A DNA stretch of 64,000 nucleotides. It comes from an uncultured virus (IMG/VR IMGVR_UViG_3300046524_000568). Its lineage: Duplodnaviria > Heunggongvirae > Uroviricota > Caudoviricetes. Position numbers and translations under genes: made by a program. The stretch lies in the IMG/VR virus record IMGVR_UViG_3300046524_000568; one strand, given 5' to 3'. This document shows, in pieces, positions 59,009 to 64,000 of this stretch. A model generated the notes under the pieces. It saw only the letters and a list, made by a program, of their open reading frames with translations, did not search any database and had not been told where the DNA came from. Each line of letters starts with the position of its first letter. Position 1 is the stretch's first letter.

Positions 59009-60451
59009 TTATTTGGCCCAGAGGTACAGCGTCGCCGGTTGCCAGGCTCCCGGGTTGTTGTTCATCCAGGACAGCCCATAATGTGAGCCATATCCGCCCA
59101 GGCCGCCGCACACATCGTTGGACCCGTTCAATGGGCTCGATGCCAGATTCTCATTAGACGACCATCCCCATCGCGCGCCACAGGGCAAATCAGTGCCTGC
59201 GACGACGTCTACAGTCTCCATGAAGTTGAATCCGAAGCGGGACTGGGTGATGACCGTCCCAGCCGGATAAGTCGTCGCGTGAATGAACCAGTCCGGGTCA
59301 ACCTGAGGCACGCCGTTGGCATCGTCGTAAAGGGTGCGGTTGGCGTTGCTGAACGCGACGAGCGGGGTCGACGCGGCGCGTGAATACGTCTTCACCGTCG
59401 ACTCATTGGCCGCCTGCAGCAGGTACTGCGTTGCGCTCATTCGTGCAAACATTGCTGATACGAAGTTGCCGTCGCTCATGTTCCGCCCGGCCGCAGTGTC
59501 GTTAAGCACCGTTCCGGTCGTCCAGTAGGTCGTATCCCCCTCGAGCGTGGCCCCATCGCCCTGCGCCTGTTTCATCAGCAACGTCCATCCGCCGCCATTC
59601 GTCGTCTGGTTGCAATACACGTCCGTTGCCGCGCCGCTGACACTGATGCGATACACACCGTCACCGGTCGCTCCGGAATAGACGTAAGGCGCGCTCGGCG
59701 CCAGGTACGCCTGGCAGCTCGCCGCGTATGTGCCGTCCGACCATGCCCGATAGCTTCCGTTGTTCACGACGTTCGCTTGAACCGACAGGCTGTAATTCGC
59801 CGAGCTCGAACCCTCCTGATAGCTCGCCTTGAGGGTGAAAGGAAAAGTTCCTGCTGCGGTCGGCGTTCCGGTGAGCTTTCCATCGGCGCCGAGCTGCACC
59901 CCGGTGGGCAACGCACCGCCGCTCAGCGACCAGCCTACCAACGTCGGCGAGTATTGAGGGTCACCCGTAACCTGGAGATTCGGCTTCACGTCCCAGCTGT
60001 AGGCCGCTCCCGCCACGCCGCCGGGAAGGGTCGCCCCAGCCAGGCTCACGACAAGCTCCGCCACAAGCACCTGATAGCTTTGCTGGCCTGCCTTGGTCTT
60101 GTAGGCGGCCATGACCTGAAAGCTCGATGATGCCGCCGCGGTCGGAGTGCCTGAGAGCTTTCCGTCCGCGCCAAGTAGGAGGCCCGCTGGCAATGTGCCC
60201 CCCACCACGGACCAGCGAACACTTCCCGGCGTGTACGCGGGGTCACCGAGTACCTGCAAGACAGTGTTGAAGTCGAAGCCCCCATATGGGCGGCCGACAA
60301 CGCCAGCCGCCAACGAATAGCCGTTGAGCGTGACGAGAATATTGCCCGAGCTCGCTGCACGGTTTGGCACCGGAACGACGACGAAATAGTCGGCGGAGAA
60401 AACAGAGATGCTGGTGGCCGCGAGCACGGCGGCGAGTAGTGTTTTTTTCAT
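59009..60451 (-). CDS. Secreted Ig-repeat surface protein #4, fibrinogen-related tip
   Basis: DYFVVVPVP, two Ig repeats, VYCNQTTNGGGWTLL, ends LYLWAK. Confidence 0.88.
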   Translation of the reverse strand: MKKTLLAAVLAATSISVFSADYFVVVPVPNRAASSGNILVTLNGYSLAAGVVGRPYGGFDFNTVLQVLGDPAYTPGSVRWSVVGGTLPAGLLLGADGKLSGTPTAAASSSFQVMAAYKTKAGQQSYQVLVAELVVSLAGATLPGGVAGAAYSWDVKPNLQVTGDPQYSPTLVGWSLSGGALPTGVQLGADGKLTGTPTAAGTFPFTLKASYQEGSSSANYSLSVQANVVNNGSYRAWSDGTYAASCQAYLAPSAPYVYSGATGDGVYRISVSGAATDVYCNQTTNGGGWTLLMKQAQGDGATLEGDTTYWTTGTVLNDTAAGRNMSDGNFVSAMFARMSATQYLLQAANESTVKTYSRAASTPLVAFSNANRTLYDDANGVPQVDPDWFIHATTYPAGTVITQSRFGFNFMETVDVVAGTDLPCGARWGWSSNENLASSPLNGSNDVCGGLGGYGSHYGLSWMNNNPGAWQPATLYLWAK

Positions 60452-60457
60452 GTGAAA

Positions 60458-62101
60458 TTAGCGAACGAAAAGCCAACCTTGCTGCTTGTTGATATAGCCG
60501 CCCCACCCCATCGGCCAGCCCGAGGCAGCATCGTCACTCCCGTCGTTGTAGCCGCTGTTCCATCCATTCGGAAAGAGGCCATAGACGCCAGAGGTTTCCG
60601 CCCAATCGCGGAGGAAGAACGCATCCGTGCGTGCGGTGAATCCAATGCTTCGGGCCATACCGAAATTCGGATTACCGCCTGCTACCGGCGTCGGATTACT
60701 CAACTGAATACCTGTCGAGGCCCAACTGCCCGGGAATCCACTCGGCAAATTGGTCTGATAGACGTATGCGCCCCACGTGAAATTTCCCGCAAAATTCCCG
60801 AGGAGGCTCTGAGTCGGATTGAGCGCCGCTGTATTGCCGAGCGAATACGGCACAGCTTCATTTGTCAGCGAACCTTGTGCACTGGTCCAGCCGAAGACGC
60901 CTGTCCCGCCGCTCGCGCTGCGGCCAACAAGGGTCCACCCTCCGCCTGCCGTGGTCATGTCGCAATAGACGTCGGTTGGCGTTCCACCAAGGCTGATGCG
61001 ATAAACACCGTTCCCGGTTGCTCCCGTGTACAGATAAGTGCCAGTGGGATTCCGATAGGCGTTGCAGGTCGCTGCAAAAGAGCCATCCGACCACGCGCGG
61101 TGACCGCCGTTCGCTACGACGTTGGCCGTCACCTTCAGAGCGTAGCTCGCCGGCGCGGACGTCTTGGTCTTGTAGCTGGCCGAAACCTGAAGCGTGTTCA
61201 CGCCGGCTGTGCTCGGCGCGCCGGCGATAACGCCGGCCGCATCCATCGACAATCCGGCAGGAAGTGGACCGGCTGCGCTCCAATTTACGCCAGCTCCGGC
61301 GCCGGCATACCCAGCGTCTCCAGACACGGCGACGTGCTGTTTCAGGTCGTAGGTGTACGCGGCTCCCGCCGGCGCGTCAGGCAATGTTGCAGAAGCCAGG
61401 CTGATGGTGATTGCGCCAACCACAATCTGGTAGCTTTGCTGCCCGGGCTTGGTGAGATAGCTCGCCTTGACTGTGAAAGAATAGGTCCCCTCCGCGCCTG
61501 GCACCCCAGAAATCGTGCCGTCAGAATTGAGCTGAAGACCGGCAGGCAAGGCGCCGCTCGCTAGCGCCCATGACACCTGCGAAGACGTATATTGCGGGTC
61601 ACCTGTGACTGCCAGGAGACTCTTCAGGTCGTAGCTGTATTGCGCGCCCTGAACGGCAGCCGGCATGGCCGTGTTCCCTGCCAATGCGACGTTGATGTCT
61701 GCGACGAAAACCTGATACGCCTGCTGGCCCGCTTTTGTTTTGTAGCTTGCCATCACCTGGAAGCTCGAGGTGGCGGCCGCAGTCGGTGTGCCGCTCAACC
61801 TACCGTCCGCGCCAAGCGAGAGTCCCACCGGCAGCGCGCCGCCAGCGAGGGACCATCGTACGTTGCTGGTGCTAAAGCTTGGGTCGCCCTTGACCTGTAG
61901 AACCGCCTTGAAATCAAAGCCTGCGTAAGACCGGCCAAGAACGCCCGCCGGCAGCGAATATCCATTGAGCGTAACGAGGATATTGCCCGCGGTCGCTGTT
62001 CGATTTGGGACAGGAACGACAACGAAATAGTCCGACGCAAACGCCGAAATGCTGCCGGCGGCGAGCAAGGTGGCAAGGATGGGTTTTTTCATGAGTTGCA
62101 C
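60458..62101 (-). CDS. Secreted Ig-repeat surface protein #5, fibrinogen-related tip
   Basis: DYFVVVPVP, three Ig repeats, VYCDMTTAGGGWTLV, ends WLFVR; start may be ATG 62092. Confidence 0.88.
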   Translation of the reverse strand: MQLMKKPILATLLAAGSISAFASDYFVVVPVPNRTATAGNILVTLNGYSLPAGVLGRSYAGFDFKAVLQVKGDPSFSTSNVRWSLAGGALPVGLSLGADGRLSGTPTAAATSSFQVMASYKTKAGQQAYQVFVADINVALAGNTAMPAAVQGAQYSYDLKSLLAVTGDPQYTSSQVSWALASGALPAGLQLNSDGTISGVPGAEGTYSFTVKASYLTKPGQQSYQIVVGAITISLASATLPDAPAGAAYTYDLKQHVAVSGDAGYAGAGAGVNWSAAGPLPAGLSMDAAGVIAGAPSTAGVNTLQVSASYKTKTSAPASYALKVTANVVANGGHRAWSDGSFAATCNAYRNPTGTYLYTGATGNGVYRISLGGTPTDVYCDMTTAGGGWTLVGRSASGGTGVFGWTSAQGSLTNEAVPYSLGNTAALNPTQSLLGNFAGNFTWGAYVYQTNLPSGFPGSWASTGIQLSNPTPVAGGNPNFGMARSIGFTARTDAFFLRDWAETSGVYGLFPNGWNSGYNDGSDDAASGWPMGWGGYINKQQGWLFVR

Positions 62102-62151
62102 GGGGGTTTGAAATGTATCCCGTATAGGAAAATCTTAGATTGATGCCATGA

Positions 62152-62179
62152 GAAAGGGAGGCAATTTAGCCTCCCCTTT
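62152..62179 (-). terminator. Terminator-like hairpin after protein #6
   Basis: GAAAGGGAGGC/GCCTCCCCTTTC. Confidence 0.55.
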
Positions 62180-62196
62180 CTGCTGCCCGAGCGGGC

Positions 62197-64000
62197 TTAC
62201 CGCACCCACATCGTGAAGTTGCAGTTGGCGATGTCGCCCGTGCAGTATTGCGAAGTGTTGTTGCCGTTGCCGAGTACGTTGATGCCGAGAGACCAGTCTC
62301 CACCAGTCCGGTTGGTCGAGAAGTACGTGTTCCACTGCCCGCCGTCGTCGGAGATGCCGTAGTAGAACGGCTGACTCAGGTTGGCCGCACGCATGGGCGC
62401 CGTGAACGAGGTAGTCGCGTATGTGACGGTCGGCGGCGTGCCGGTCATCGCTTGCGTGAGCAGCGTGGTGTGCGAATAAGCGAAAGGCGCCACGAACCGC
62501 GTCTGGTTGATGAGCCCATCGGATTTCAGGCGATAGAGTCCGCCGTTGCGCACCAGGTTGATGGTCGCGTCGGCGAGTTTGAAGGTCATGCCCGTCGACG
62601 CATCTGCGGCCGCAGAGCGTGTCAGATTCAGTGCGCCCGCGGTGTTCCATCCAGTGATGTTGCCGCCGAGGCCGCGCATCGCCAGTGTCCAGCCGCCGCC
62701 ATCGGAGGTCATGTCGCAGTATGCATCGGTGACCGTTCCGCCAGTCTGCAAGCGGTACACCCCGTTGCCCGTCGCGCCGGAATACAGGTGCCCCGCCGTG
62801 GGATTCAGATATGCATTGCAACTCGCGGCGTACGTGTTGTCCGACCAGGCCCGATAGCCCGAGAACTGCGAGAGAATTTGCGTCACCGCAAAGGTGTAGC
62901 TCTGGGTGGCAGACTTCCCCTTGTATGCGGCCTTCACCTGCACCGGGTTCGTGCCCTTTGCACTCGGCGTGCCTGTCACGGTGCCATTGCTGTTGAGGTT
63001 CAATCCCGTGGGAAGCGCGCCGCCAGCAATCGACCAACTTACGTTGGTGCCATTTCCGGCATAGGCGTTGTCACCAGTGATACTGAGATTTGGCTTGAGG
63101 TCCCAGCCATTTCCGCTGTTGTACGCTTGGCCAATCGTGACGCCAGGCGGCGACGAGGTCGCGCTGGACAGTGTCACCGTGATGGCGCCAACCACCACGG
63201 CATAGCCCTGCTGCCCCGTCGAGGTCTTGTATGCCGCCTGAACGGTGAACGGCGTGCTTCCATCGCTTTCAGCGCTCGGAGTGCCGGAGATGACGCCGTC
63301 TGCGCCCAGACTCAGCCCAGCGGGCAAGCTGCCACTCGCAACACTCCATGTCACACCTGTGCCTGCGTATGCCGCGTCGCCGGTAATGGCCAGCTTCGGC
63401 TTCAGGTCGTAGCTGTACGGGGCGCCTTGCACGCCAGCGGGAAGCGCCGCGCCGTTGAGCGTGACCACGATAGCTCCGACGACAACCTGGTAGGCCTGCT
63501 GCCCCGCCTTTGTCTTGTACGAGGCCTGAACGGTAAACGGAGTGCCGGTGTTTGCAGCCGTTGGCGTGCCGGAGATAACGCCATCCGCGACCAGGCTCAG
63601 GCCTGCGGGCAAGCTGCCACTCGCAACACTCCACGTGATGCCCTGGCCTGTGTACGCAGCGTCTCCTGTGATGGCGAGTTTCGGCTTCAGGTCATAGCTG
63701 TATGCAGCTCCTTGAATGCCTGCGGGAAGGGCTGCGCCGCTGAGGGTAACCACAATGGCGCCGACGACAACCTGGTAGGCCTGCTGCCCCGCCTTCGTCT
63801 TGTACGAAGCCTGGACGGTAAATGGTGTGCCGGTGTTTTCAGCCGTAGGCGTGCCGGAGATAACGCCATCCGCGCCTAGGCTCAGGCCTGCAGGCAAGCT
63901 GCCACTCGCAACACTCCATGTGATGCCCTGGCCCGTGTACGCAGCGTCGCCCGTGATGGCGAGTTTCGGCTTCAAGTCATAGCTGTATGCAGCTCCTTGA
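62197..64000 (-). CDS. Ig-repeat surface protein #6 (5' end beyond window), fibrinogen-related tip
   Basis: At least four Ig repeats, AYCDMTSDGGGWTLA, ends TMWVR; frame open to window edge. Confidence 0.88.
   Translation of the reverse strand, partial: QGAAYSYDLKPKLAITGDAAYTGQGITWSVASGSLPAGLSLGADGVISGTPTAENTGTPFTVQASYKTKAGQQAYQVVVGAIVVTLSGAALPAGIQGAAYSYDLKPKLAITGDAAYTGQGITWSVASGSLPAGLSLVADGVISGTPTAANTGTPFTVQASYKTKAGQQAYQVVVGAIVVTLNGAALPAGVQGAPYSYDLKPKLAITGDAAYAGTGVTWSVASGSLPAGLSLGADGVISGTPSAESDGSTPFTVQAAYKTSTGQQGYAVVVGAITVTLSSATSSPPGVTIGQAYNSGNGWDLKPNLSITGDNAYAGNGTNVSWSIAGGALPTGLNLNSNGTVTGTPSAKGTNPVQVKAAYKGKSATQSYTFAVTQILSQFSGYRAWSDNTYAASCNAYLNPTAGHLYSGATGNGVYRLQTGGTVTDAYCDMTSDGGGWTLAMRGLGGNITGWNTAGALNLTRSAAADASTGMTFKLADATINLVRNGGLYRLKSDGLINQTRFVAPFAYSHTTLLTQAMTGTPPTVTYATTSFTAPMRAANLSQPFYYGISDDGGQWNTYFSTNRTGGDWSLGINVLGNGNNTSQYCTGDIANCNFTMWVR
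63388..64000 (-). repeat. Near-identical 285-bp intragenic tandem repeats
   Basis: GGC.AG.TTCGGCTTCA.GTC.TAGCTGTA recurs at 63388, 63673, 63958. Confidence 0.85.

Noticed and set aside
57271..63879. Long + strand ORFs (57271, 60452, 62248)
   Set aside because: Antisense shadows of Ig-repeat genes, common in GC-rich DNA
57220..64000. Diversity-generating retroelement or shufflon explanation for tip variation
   Set aside because: No reverse transcriptase, TR/VR pair with adenine-specific mismatches, invertase or promoterless inverted cassettes seen; visible genes are complete and co-oriented

Overview
GC-rich (betaproteobacterial, Burkholderiales-like by gene content) accessory DNA, most consistent with part of a megaplasmid or other large mobile replicon; this is inference, since no rep, par, tra, integrase or phage structural genes are visible. 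It is densely packed with short hypothetical ORFs interspersed with lone copies of housekeeping-type genes (ruvB, clpP, HU, RNase R-family, DsbG-like) and conflict/repair genes (Rnl2-type RNA ligase, rtcB with a sigma54 promoter and rtcR, NADAR, Sir2, an ART-like protein, HipBA-like TA, orphan MazF-like toxin). The most striking features are (1) six paralogous secreted Ig-repeat proteins with an invariant N-terminal YVVVPVP motif and divergent C-terminal tip domains, four in a tandem array next to a DsbG-like oxidoreductase; (2) a window-wide two-class promoter system, sigma70-like TATACT versus a recurrent GCTATAC(G/C) element; (3) GTTAAC-centred palindromes upstream of the RNase R, RNA ligase and clpP units. 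Two decayed genes (MCP, AlkB) and one frameshifted gene are visible. No CRISPR array, rRNA, tRNA or IS element was recognised.
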